A DNA stretch of 64,000 bases from Paraspadella gotoi (taxonomy: Eukaryota > Animalia > Chaetognatha). A model generated the notes under the pieces. That model was not told where the DNA came from. It saw nothing but the letters and a program-made list of their open reading frames with translations, and searched no databases. This document shows positions 52,991 through 64,000 of the stretch, in pieces; positions within the stretch are counted from its first letter, which is position 1, and every line of letters starts with the position of its first letter. Where the stretch lies: the NCBI GenBank assembly GCA_051294375.1, contig CM119267.1, positions 6,313,992-6,377,991 of the forward strand, read 5' to 3'. The position numbers and the translations under genes are program-made.

Positions 52991-53690
52991 AGGCCCCGCC
53001 ACCACCCACGTCCGCACAATGACTCCCCGTTTCTACTCAACGAAACAAGGGGAGACCTTTGCGCAGGCAATGGGCAAACGATGCCTCTCCTTTCAACTGC
53101 AGCAACTCACTCCCTCTCTCTGTGGGAGTAAGCGCCCACCAAAAAGGCGGCTCGCTGGAGGAAGGAGAGGAGTCCACAACTCATGTCGCAAAAGCGGAAG
53201 AACGGACAAGCCACCCATCTCGCCAGCAGACGAGAAGAGGGCAGTCGACAGGCGTACCAAGGACAGAGAGACATCAGGAGTAGCTTTGGACTCTTCCCGC
53301 AATGGAAGCCTACCCAGTCCATCAAATACATGGCTCAATCGATATGACCTCTCAGCCACTGACGCGCCAATGACTCGACCACATCGTCACTACCTCTCAT
53401 TTGCTTCAACCAAAGGGGGCCAGCTCATTTTGAGTCTCTTTCTTAATACTTAATATTTCAACTTTCCAAATTAATATCTTCTAACTTAATCTCTCTTTTC
53501 CTTTCACATTTCAATTTCCAACTGTTTTATACTTTCAATTTTATTTATTAAGTAGTTTAATGTTAAAAATATTTATTTCACTGTTAGTTAAAATATTTAT
53601 CTTTGTTGTTACATTGCACAATGTATTGTACTAATGTTCCTTTTTTTTTCTCTCTCTCCTCTTCTCTCTTCTCTCTGCCCTTCCCTCCTC

Positions 53691-53725
<35 letters not shown>

Positions 53726-53970
53726 TTTAATTTCTTTTCACAGTCTAACTTAATCTGGTCTTCCACCTTGACCTGTCCCTCACATCGACCCACCTATTTC
53801 TTTTTTCTTTTCAAACTCTGTGTTGGAAACTTTTGCCCTGTCTCAATGTCTCTCTCTTCGGTCTCTCTTCTCTGCCTCTCTCTCTCGTCTTCTCTCTCTC
53901 TCTCTCTCTCTCTTACTTTTCCTTTGCAACAAATAATTTTGTAAAAGTTCACAAAACAATTTTTCTCTAT

Positions 53971-54014
53971 GACGCCTGAAGAAGGCTTGTAACTAAAGCC
54001 GAAACATGTACGTC
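53971..54014 (+). ncRNA. Minimal type I hammerhead ribozyme (right, sense pLTR)
   Basis: GACG(C)CTGAAGAAGGCTTGTAACTAAAGCCGAAACATGTACGTC, followed by AATAAA at about 54025. It has one extra C before the core compared with the left copy. Predicted cleavage is after 54010. Confidence 0.75.
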
Positions 54015-54340
54015 CTTATGTACTAATAAAATCGTTGTTGCAAATAAACTCAAACTTATTTCTAAAAAATAACTTAAAAAATCATATTTATTTCTTTCGT
54101 AACTTCTTCCTTTAAATTTCATCACCCATTTTTTAAATCTTGATTTCACTTGTTCATTTTTCTCTGTCACCTTTTTCATATTCATTTCATCATTTTATTT
54201 CTTCATTCTTCTTTTTTTTTTTCATTTTTTCGTTTCTTTTTCTTTTCAATCGACTTTTTCTTCCCACCCAAAACGGTCATTTGGCGGGAAAATTTGAATT
54301 TTAAGAGACGACGCCGTGAACGACATTATTCAAATCAAAA

Positions 54341-54376
<36 letters not shown>

Positions 54377-54380
54377 CTTC

Positions 54381-54412
<32 letters not shown>

Positions 54413-54728
54413 TCTTCTCTCTGTCTCGCGAGATGAAAGCGTTCACTTCCCTCATTTTTCAACGTGGAAAAAGTAAATATTTCACCAATTTTTTTTTCTT
54501 CACCCGGTAATGATAATGATCTCCGACTCAAGCAAATTGTTTTCCTTCCAATGGTTGGGGATGAACTTTCTTTACCGAGATCATATTTTTTTCAAATTTG
54601 GGAATTTATCACTAATTACAAGTTTTATTCATAATTTGTAATTCTGAAACGCGATCCGACATCTGATCGACGAATGTTAATTTAAATTCACTCCAAAGAT
54701 TTCTCTTTTTTTCCCTTTCTTTTCTCTC

Positions 54729-54770
<42 letters not shown>

Positions 54771-54825
54771 AGACGCCCTTCGGCAATGTCACCCTTTTTT
54801 TCTTTTTTTCCGTCTTTTCCTCGTC

Positions 54826-55661
54826 ACTTTTATTTCTTTTTCTTTCTCTCTTTTTCTTTCTTCTTTCTTTCTCTCTCTTTCTATCTTTCTTTCCATTGCC
54901 GTCGCCATTTCTTTCTTCCTTCACTTTCTTTAGAAATTCTCTTCTTTCGAGACAAAAAGAGCGAGGACAAACGACAACAACAACACAACAACACACGATT
55001 ACATCTCCATCCTTAATTTTTCTTCACTCGTCATCCTTTCCCACTCCTTTTATAATTCCACCCTTTCTTCCACAAATACCCACCTTCCACCACTGACCCA
55101 AACTCCATATCCCAACCACCCCACAAACTTGACACCCAAGCACCCCGCCCTCCACCCTTCACTCTCGCCCATTCCCCACCTTCCCCTTTCTCGGCGCCGT
55201 TCTTTTATTTCGTTTTATTTTTCTTTTTTAAAATTTTAACGGCGTGCCAATCGACGCCGCCAATCGACGCCGCCGAACGACGGCCCGACGTCGCGAGCGG
55301 CGCCGGTCGACCGGGGAGGCGTCGCTTTTGTCGCAAACGAGGAAGTTGGAGTCATCCGTGATGGCGCTCACGATAATTGTTGTCGTTGTTGTCGTCGTCG
55401 TTGTTGTCGTTTTTGTCATTCAAGACCATATTTTTTTTCCTTTTTTTTTTTTTCTTTTTTTCTTCTTACGAATTGTCGTTGTTACACTTTTCTCCGTTTG
55501 TTGTTGTTGTCATCCGCGTCGTGATCTTCGTTTCAACTCTTATCAACTTTCTGTATTAACTACGCGTTTTTTACTCTTTACAATTAATACAAAGTCAAGA
55601 ATGTTATCGACGAATTAATAAAGCATCTATTTAAATAGTGCGAGATGTCGTTTGCTAATGA

Positions 55662-55744
<83 letters not shown>

Positions 55745-56607
55745 CTCTCTCTCCCATATACAGCGGGCTGCAATTTTCTTTGGCTGAGAACTCGATGATT
55801 CCGCCATTGAAAATGCGCGGAGCCNNNNNNNNNNNNNNNNNNNNNNNNNCACTATTAAATAGATGCTTTATTAATTCGTCGATACATTCTTCGACTTTGT
55901 ATTAATTGTAAGAGTAATACAGAAAGTTGATAAGAGTTGAAACGAAGATCACGACGCGGTTGACAACAACAACAAACGGAGAAAAGTGTAACAACGACAA
56001 TTCGTAAGAAAAGAAAAAAAAAAGGAAAAAAATTATGGTCTTGAATGACAACGACAACAACGACGACGACAACAACGACAACAATATCGTGAGCGCCATC
56101 ACGGATGACGCCAACTTCCTCGTTTGCGACAAAAGCGACGCCTCCCCGGTCGACCGGCGCCGCTCGCGACGTCGGCGTCGTTTCGCGGCGTCGATTGGCG
56201 ACGCCGTTAAAATTTAAAAAAGAAAATAAAACGGGAATAAAAGAAACGGCGCCGAGAAAGGGAAAGGGTGGGGAATGGGCGAGAGTGGAGGGTGGAGGGC
56301 GGGGTGCTTGGGGTGTCAAGTTTGTGGGTGGTTGGGATATGGAAGTTTGGGTCAGTGGTGAAGGTGGGGATATTTGTGGAAGAAAGGGTGAATTATAAAA
56401 AGAGTGGAAAGGATGACGTGAAAGAAAATTAAGGATGGAGATGTAATCGTTGTTGTTGTTGTTGTTGTCGTCGTCCTCGCTTCTTTTGTCTCGAAAGAAG
56501 AGAATTTCTAAGAAATGGAAGGAAGAAGAAATGGCGACGGCAATGGGAAGAAAGATAGAAAGAGAGGAAAGAAAGAAAGAAAGAGAGAAAGAAAGAAAGA
56601 AATAAAA
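54826..56607. repeat. Inverted duplication (about 54826-55635 vs 55850-56607) around a 25-N gap; probable assembly artefact
   Basis: The arms are reverse complements with scattered indels. The right arm starts immediately after the gap at 55825-55849. Confidence 0.8.
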
Positions 56608-59600
56608 TGTCGCCCCAGAGACGAGAGAGATTATGCAATACATTACTTTTTAATTTTTTCGTCTCTTTTTATTTTAAGGTTTTTTTTTTAAGGCGGGAGA
56701 AGGAGCTCATTGTAAATACTAAGGGTTTTTTTTCCGTCGCTTGAAATTCATCAGTTGTTCTTTTCTCTCTCTCTCTCTCTCTCTCTTCTGGTCCTCCTCC
56801 TCTCTCGTTCGTCTCTCCGTTTCGGGTCGCTACTCTCTCTTCCTTCTCTTCTGTCACGCTGTGACCCGCGATGGGGAGGGCGCAGCAGCCGCGCCGAAAG
56901 AGAATGATGACCCAAAAACGTGATTTACTGCACAGAGAAGAAGAAAAATAAAGAGAAAAAAACCAAATTCTCTTTCCTCCACCAGGCAAACACTTGCTTC
57001 CACCGACGGGTGTTTTTCTTTTTTTTTTTTTTTAGACAGAAAGGAAGAGAGAAAAAATAATGAGTTTTGGAAGTATAGAAAATTAGAGAAAAAGATGATT
57101 GTGTCGTCAGCCCAGTAAGAGAGAGAGGAGGAGAAGGAGGAGGGAGGGGAGAGGAAAGGAGGGAGGAGAAGGGATGAGGGTAGAAAATAAAAATTGTAAG
57201 AGGGAGAGTAAGAAAATGGAAAAAGAAAATGGAAAAGTAGAGAAAGGAAGGGCAAAAGAAGGGAAAGGAAGAGAGATGATGGGAGGAAAGGAGAAAAAGA
57301 AGGAAAGAAGGAAAGGAGAAAAAAGAAAGGAAGAAGGAAAGGAGAAAAAAGACAAGAAACGAAAAAAGAAGATAGGGGGGGAGAAAAAAAGGAAGAAGGA
57401 AAGTGGAGAAAAGGAAAAGGAAAGAAGGAAGGAGAAAAAAAAGGAAGAAGGAAAGAGAAAAGAAGGAAAGAAGGAAAAGGAAGAAAAAAGAAAGAGGAAA
57501 AGTAGGAGAAGAGAAATAAGGATAGAAAGAAAGGAGAAAAAAGAAAAGGGAAGAAGAAAGGAGAAAAAAAAACGCGAAGAAGGAAAGGAGAAAAAATAGA
57601 AACGGAAAGAAGGAAAGGAGAAAAAAGAAAAGGAAAGGAGAAAAATAAAAGGAAAGAAAGGAAAGGAGAAAAATAAAAGGAAAGAAGGAAAGGAAAAATA
57701 AAAGGAAAGAAGAAGAAAAAGAAAAAGGAAAGAAGGAAGGAGAAAAAAGAAAAGAAAAGAAGGAAGGAGAAAAAAGAAAGGAAAGAAGTGAAAGGACGTT
57801 CACGTCAATGCGAAGTTAAGGCTGAGAGAAAAGAAGTTGAAATAGAGAGAAGATTAACAAAGAGAGGTTAGCAGAAGAAGGGAGGCAGCAAGAAGAGAGA
57901 AGAAGTGGTCCGGCTAAAGAGGAAGCCGACTGCGCACCTCGACGTCGTTAGACAAAAAAAAATGAAAAAATCGAGTTTTACCAGAAATATGCAAATGCAG
58001 AAAAAAAGGAAGCGCCTCTCGATCGTTTAAACACTGGGGTAATGAAAGATGCCGAAGGCGAAAAGGAACCCAAAAGGATCAAATCTTTTTCTTTTATTTT
58101 ATTTTTTTTTTTTTAATCTTTTTCTGCCGACGATCAGGGTTCATTGGCGCTCATTGATGCCAAAAGAAAAATACGTAATGCCCAACCTTTTGTTTCGTTC
58201 GCTAACGCGGTCGAGTTAAAAATATTTTCTCCGGTTTCCACTGATTACTAGACATGTATAAAGTTTTGCCTGCTTACCAACCCTAATAACTTTGGCCGTC
58301 TCCAGTCGCCACGCCCACTCACTATGATCATATCATTAAAGCTGCACTCGCAAAGTTCGGCACGCTGACGACTCGGTCGGAAAATTTTATGAATAATAAT
58401 ATATAAAATAAAATTTTATAAATTAATTTAATATATTAAAATAATATTAAAATTTGGATTAAATAGTTTAAAATTTTTAATGTTATTAATTTTTTTCATT
58501 AAATTTTTTTTTCGATATTTTAATTTTTTTTATTGGGATTACTGTTTTAGATTAATTTTTTATTCTGATAGAGTTTTTTAAAAGATATGTAGAAATTAAA
58601 AACTTTAATTTTTTTCTATTTAAAAATAGTAAACTTTTTTAAGAGATTATTAAAAATAAAATAATAATTTTTTTAAAAAATAAAAACAATTCTTATCCAT
58701 GGTCCACCATCCAGTAGCTTCTAACCCAAAAAAACCAAAGCGGCGTGCCTAAAAACCCAGACGCCAATTTCCAAACCAACGAACGTCTCCTTTTTTTTGC
58801 CCCTGAAGAAGCTTCTGTTGCTAAGTTATCGCTCGCCTTGTCTCACTCTCTCTCCCTCAGCGCTTCATTATAGGACTAATTTCTCAAAAGCGCGCAGTGC
58901 AGGGAATTAGCGGCTTGAACTATGGAAGATTGAACTATGGTAACATAGCTAAGAAACTTCGCGTTGAGATAGCTTGCACTGACAAAACCCTCCTCCGGAC
59001 TTCCCAACTCGGTAAGACGCTGAGTTTGTTGCGGGTTGGGGGTGAGAGAGAGGAGGCGAGAGAGAGAGAGAGAGAGAGAGGAGAGAAGAGAGATGAGAGA
59101 GAGAGAAGAGAGAGAGAGGAGAAGAAGAGGAGAGAGGTGCGACGCGAATCGAGACTTAATTTTATTTTGTTGGCGAATCTCTGGAGGAAGGAGAAAGAAG
59201 AAAAAATGTTTTCCGTCTGGTAGAAAAAGTTGGGCGACGAAAATGACGAAAGGAAACTCATTTAGACGGAGATCGAGAGGGGGGTCAGGCTGGGGGGGGA
59301 ATGAGTCGGTTATTGTTGTTGTCGTTGTTACGTTTTTGTGGTGAGAGGTGTTTGTTCTTAGTGATTGTTGTCAATGAAAATAGCGGGGGGAAATGAAGAG
59401 ATAACAAAAAAGATTTTTTAAGGTAAAAGAAGTAAAAAGAAAAAAGAGAAAAGGAAGAAAAGAGAGGTAATCTATAACAAAGGAAAAGGAAAGAGCACAC
59501 ACAAGGAATATATAATACAAGGAAAGGAAAGAGAAAGAGGAAAGAAAAAGAAGGAAATCTAGTAAAAATGAAAAAGGAAGGAAAAAAAGATTGAAAAAGA

Positions 59601-59664
59601 AAATAACGAAAAGAAAGAAGAAGAGATAAATTCTAAAAAATAAATAAGAGAAAGAAAAAGAAAA

Positions 59665-59743
<79 letters not shown>

Positions 59744-60104
59744 TAGAATTCTTTCTCTTTTCCTTCTTTTTCTCATTACGTAAAGCAAACTCGAGGGACG
59801 CGTCCAAATAACGACTTTCTTTCCTCCCGGCTAGTGGGGCGGCGAAAATCAGAGTCGGGGACTCCGAATATGCAAATGAGAATGAAATCGGCCAGAATGT
59901 TTAAAAAAAATTTAAGAAGCGGAGAAAGGAGGAAAGGGGGGTGTGGGGTAGGGAGAGGGAAGTGGCCAAGGGTGGGGGGAGAGAATTCGGGGGGGGGGGG
60001 GAGAAGGAATTAAAAACCTAAGCGGATGAAGAATTCTATTAAAAGGTTCGGCGATGGTTATTGCATAGATATCGTCTGCTAATTAGCCAAATGAGGAGAG
60101 AGAA

Positions 60105-60189
<85 letters not shown>

Positions 60190-61509
60190 GAGAGATTATT
60201 TCACGGAAAAGTCAACGGAATGTCGTTTTCAATGTGTGTGTGATTATGGATCTCGAGGGAAAGATAGGGACGACGATCAAGACGACGACGAAAACGACGA
60301 CGACAACGAGACTCTGCGAAAGACAACGGAATCGCGAGTTGGAACCGGACTTGGGAGGCCGCGCGATCCAAGATGGCCGCCGCCTATTATCGTTTTCCGG
60401 GACGAGTTGTCACGGCGTCAATAAATTATTCATTAGAGTCAAATTATAGTTGGAATTGCTATCAATTTTAATTATACAGTTTTATTATTTTGTCACAAAT
60501 TTTAGCTAAAAATCAATTTTCTAAAACAATTTGCCTTTTATTCTTTTTAAAGCTTCGTGTAACCTACGAAAGGGCTGAATCATTTAAATGTTCAACATTA
60601 TTTCCAATCATTTACAGTTTTTACATAATTAGGTATAATCAATTTAATTATAGCCATTGCAAACGTTTCTAGTAATAGACATATTGAAATTTTTTATTTT
60701 AAAAAATGTAAATAGGTTTTAAATAGGTAAATGGTACTTTATTTATACCCAAATATCATTATTTCAAAGTTCAAACCCATTTAGATGAAATAAAGCGGAA
60801 AAAAAAATAAACACTCACAAAAAAATTTCATTGTCTTCCATTTTTTTTCTCTTCCTCCATTTTCTTCCTTAATTTCCTTTCCTCCTTTCCTTCCTTTTCC
60901 TCCTTTCTTCCTTTTTCCCAAGATGCACATTTTCCTTCCTCATTAAGATTAATCTAATTCCCTTCAGGTAACGAAATTACAAGTCAACGTAATTCGCTTC
61001 CGACTTTGAATAACTTTTAATAACGAGATAAACTTTCATTGTTTTCGTTGTACAATTTAACGCTTTGATAAGGTTATTTTTATAAGATTATTTTTTTCAC
61101 AATATCGACATTGTATCGTTTCTTGATCTTTGGTCGTTTGTGTTTAAGTTCAATTCAATCAAAAAAAGTTATTTCGGTTAAGTTTCGATTATGTATTAGA
61201 CTCTTAGGGCAAAATAAGTTATTGTGTAGAACTAAAAAAAAATAACGTTTTTTAAAATAAGGACGTAAGCTACGAGCGTCGAAGTGAATCTTTATTTAAA
61301 TCTCATTCATCAATTGGACGATTATAAACGACGTCCCAACCTAATTCTCAAAAAAAAGACGTTACGGAATTGCATTCTATTTCTCCGTAACAAATCATTT
61401 TTCAAAAATAACTTAGGCATAGCGAAATTTCCTTTCTTTTCGTGTGTTTTGGATTAAGTAGAAAATAAGTTTGAGTTTATTTGCAACAACGATTTTATTA
61501 GTACATAAG

Positions 61510-61552
61510 GACGTACATGTTTCGGCTTTAGTTACAAGCCTTCTTCAGCGTC
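61510..61552 (-). ncRNA. Hammerhead ribozyme, duplicate of 51919-51961
   Basis: Same sequence as 51919-51961. Confidence 0.75.
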
Positions 61553-61607
61553 ATAGAGAAAAATTGTTTTGTGAACTTTTACCAAATTATTTGTGCAAAG
61601 GAAAAGT

Positions 61608-61671
<64 letters not shown>

Positions 61672-61843
61672 CAGGGCAAAGTTTCCAACACAGAGTTGAG
61701 AAAAGAATAGTGGCAGATGTGAGGACAGGTCAAGGTGAAGACAGATTGAGTTAGACTGTGAAAAGGAAATTAAATGGTGAAAATTTTTTTTTTTTTTTTT
61801 TTTTTTTCTTTTTTTTTTTTTTTTGAGAGAGAGAGAGAAGGAC

Positions 61844-61874
<31 letters not shown>

Positions 61875-63281
61875 AGAAAAAAGGAACATTAGTAACAATA
61901 CATTGTGCAATGTACAACAAAGATAAATGATTTAAAACTAACAGTGAAATAATATTTTTTACATTAAACTACTTAATAAATATTGAGTATAAAACAGTGA
62001 AATTGAAAGATGTGAAAGGAAAGAGAGAATTTAAGTTTAGAAGATATTAATGTGAAAATGAAATTTAGAATTAAGAAAGAGCTCAAAATGAGCTGGCCCC
62101 CTTTGGTTGAAGCAAATGAGTCACTGGAGTCATTGGTGCGGTGCTGCAAAGCAGGGATCTTCCACCTCAGTGACGACCCGCGGTTCTCTACGAGAGTAAT
62201 TGGTGAAACCGAAAGGATAAATCCCCAGGACCGAAAACATCAGGAGCCGTCTATTGGGCGCCTGTGCAGGGGCGGGCAACCAGCCTGTGCAGCAGCATAC
62301 GGGGCGAGACAGGCAAGTCTCTAACAGACGCTTTCAGCAGCACCACAAAACCTTATCGCGATGCGAGAGGACATTACCTATCTGCGTACGCTGAACATAC
62401 AGTAAATACTGCCATCTATTTAGAGAGTCAGACTGGTCTCGTGCTGTCCATGACCAACTGGTTCTCAAGAGGTATTAGAGAGGCGATCTATATCAAAGCC
62501 TCGAGCCCTCTTTGAATCAGAATGGAGACGATTCGATCTTCCTCAATGCGATCGATGATACGCTTATCAAAAGCGTAGTGGAGGCCCCGCCACCACCCAC
62601 GTCCGCACAATGACTCCCCGTTTCTACTCAACGAAACAAGGGGAGACCTTTGCGCAGGCAATGGGCAAACGATGCCTCTCCTTTCAACTGCAGCAACTCA
62701 CTCCCTCTCTCTGTGGGAGTAAGCGCCCACCAAAAAGGCGGCTCGCTGGAGGAAGGAGAGGAGTCCACAACTCATGTCGCAAAAGCGGAAGAACGGACAA
62801 GCCACCCATCTCGCCAGCAGACGAGAAGAGGGCAGTCGACAGGCGTACCAAGGACAGAGAGACATCAGGAGTAGCTTTGGACTCTTCCCGCAATGGAAGC
62901 CTACCCAGTCCATCAAATACATGGCTCAATCGATATGACCTCTCAGCCACTGACGCGCCAATGACTCGACCACATCGTCACTACCTCTCATTTGCTTCAA
63001 CCAAAGGGGGCCAGCTCATTTTGAGTCTCTTTCTTAATACTTAATATTTCAACTTTCCAAATTAATATCTTCTAACTTAATCTCTCTTTTCCTTTCACAT
63101 TTCAATTTCCAACTGTTTTATACTTTCAATTTTATTTATTAAGTAGTTTAATGTTAAAAATATTTATTTCACTGTTAGTTAAAATATTTATCTTTGTTGT
63201 TACATTGCACAATGTATTGTACTAATGTTCCTTTTTTTTTCTCTCTCTCCTCTTCTCTCTTCTCTCTGCCCTTCCCTCCTC

Positions 63282-63316
<35 letters not shown>

Positions 63317-63561
63317 TTTAATTTCTTTTCACAGTCTAACTTAATCTGGTCTTCCACCTTGACCTGTCCCTCACATCGACCCACCTATTTCTTTTTTCTT
63401 TTCAAACTCTGTGTTGGAAACTTTTGCCCTGTCTCAATGTCTCTCTCTTCGGTCTCTCTTCTCTGCCTCTCTCTCTCGTCTTCTCTCTCTCTCTCTCTCT
63501 CTCTTACTTTTCCTTTGCAACAAATAATTTTGTAAAAGTTCACAAAACAATTTTTCTCTAT

Positions 63562-63605
63562 GACGCCTGAAGAAGGCTTGTAACTAAAGCCGAAACATGT
63601 ACGTC
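63562..63605 (+). ncRNA. Hammerhead ribozyme, duplicate of 53971-54014
   Basis: Same sequence as 53971-54014. Confidence 0.7.
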
Positions 63606-63927
63606 CTTATGTACTAATAAAATCGTTGTTGCAAATAAACTCAAACTTATTTCTAAAAAATAACTTAAAAAATCATATTTATTTCTTTCGTAACTTCTTC
63701 CTTTAAATTTCATCACCCATTTTTTAAATCTTGATTTCACTTGTTCATTTTTCTCTGTCACCTTTTTCATATTCATTTCATCATTTTATTTCTTCATTCT
63801 TCTTTTTTTTTTTCATTTTTTCGTTTCTTTTTCTTTTCAATCGACTTTTTCTTCCCACCCAAAACGGTCATTTGGCGGGAAAATTTGAATTTTAAGAGAC
63901 GACGCCGTGAACGACATTATTCAAATC

Positions 63928-63998
<71 letters not shown>

Positions 63999-64000
63999 TC

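Larger units (their letters stand above)
51825..54064 (+). mobile_element. 5'-truncated Penelope-like retroelement with inverted pseudo-LTRs
   Basis: Inverted arms at about 51868-52549 and 53363-54064 flank a GIY-YIG remnant. Each arm carries a hammerhead motif followed by AATAAA. A candidate 12-bp TSD, AAAAATAACTTA, lies at 51813-51824 and 54065-54076. Confidence 0.85.
61416..63655 (+). mobile_element. Second (duplicated) copy of the Penelope-like element
   Basis: Identical to 51825-54064 at offset +9591; GIY-YIG remnant at about 62186-62581. Confidence 0.8.
56608..64000 (+). repeat. Near-exact direct copy of 47017-54409 (offset 9591 bp)
   Basis: Identical ORF translations at a constant offset (e.g. 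47078/56669, 52673/62264), including microsatellite lengths. The junction sequence is TGTCGCCCCAGAGACG. Confidence 0.95.

Noticed and set aside
51868-54064. DNA transposon with long TIRs
   Set aside because: The interior is a PLE-type GIY-YIG endonuclease rather than a DDE transposase, and the arms carry hammerheads typical of pLTRs.
56608-64000. Recent segmental duplication or second independent PLE insertion
   Set aside because: The flanks and hypervariable microsatellites are identical, and the copy follows a gap-associated inversion; an artefact is more likely.

Overview
Animal (invertebrate metazoan) nuclear genomic DNA from a draft assembly that was gap-filled with long reads. Bases 1-12 kb hold a compact cluster of genes, all on the + strand: the 3' part of RBM28, a DUF1399/GRDP-like domain fused to a C-terminal ubiquitin-like domain, an orphan AT-rich gene, an intronless mitochondrial L-threonine 3-dehydrogenase, and a 4-exon long-chain acyl-CoA synthetase. 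Convergent with these is an E74/ELF-family ETS transcription factor on the - strand, with five phase-compatible coding exons at 14168-19128. The remaining ~45 kb has no recognisable host gene and is rich in (GA)n, (GAC)n and purine tracts; it is probably E74 intronic/upstream sequence. It contains a truncated Penelope-like retroelement: a decayed GIY-YIG endonuclease flanked by ~700-bp inverted pseudo-LTRs, each carrying a minimal type I hammerhead ribozyme. It also contains a Tc1/mariner-type MITE. Several large direct and inverted duplications abut 25-N gaps and are most likely assembly artefacts, including a near-exact copy of 47017-54409 at 56608-64000. All family assignments come from motif recognition by eye; no database searches were run.
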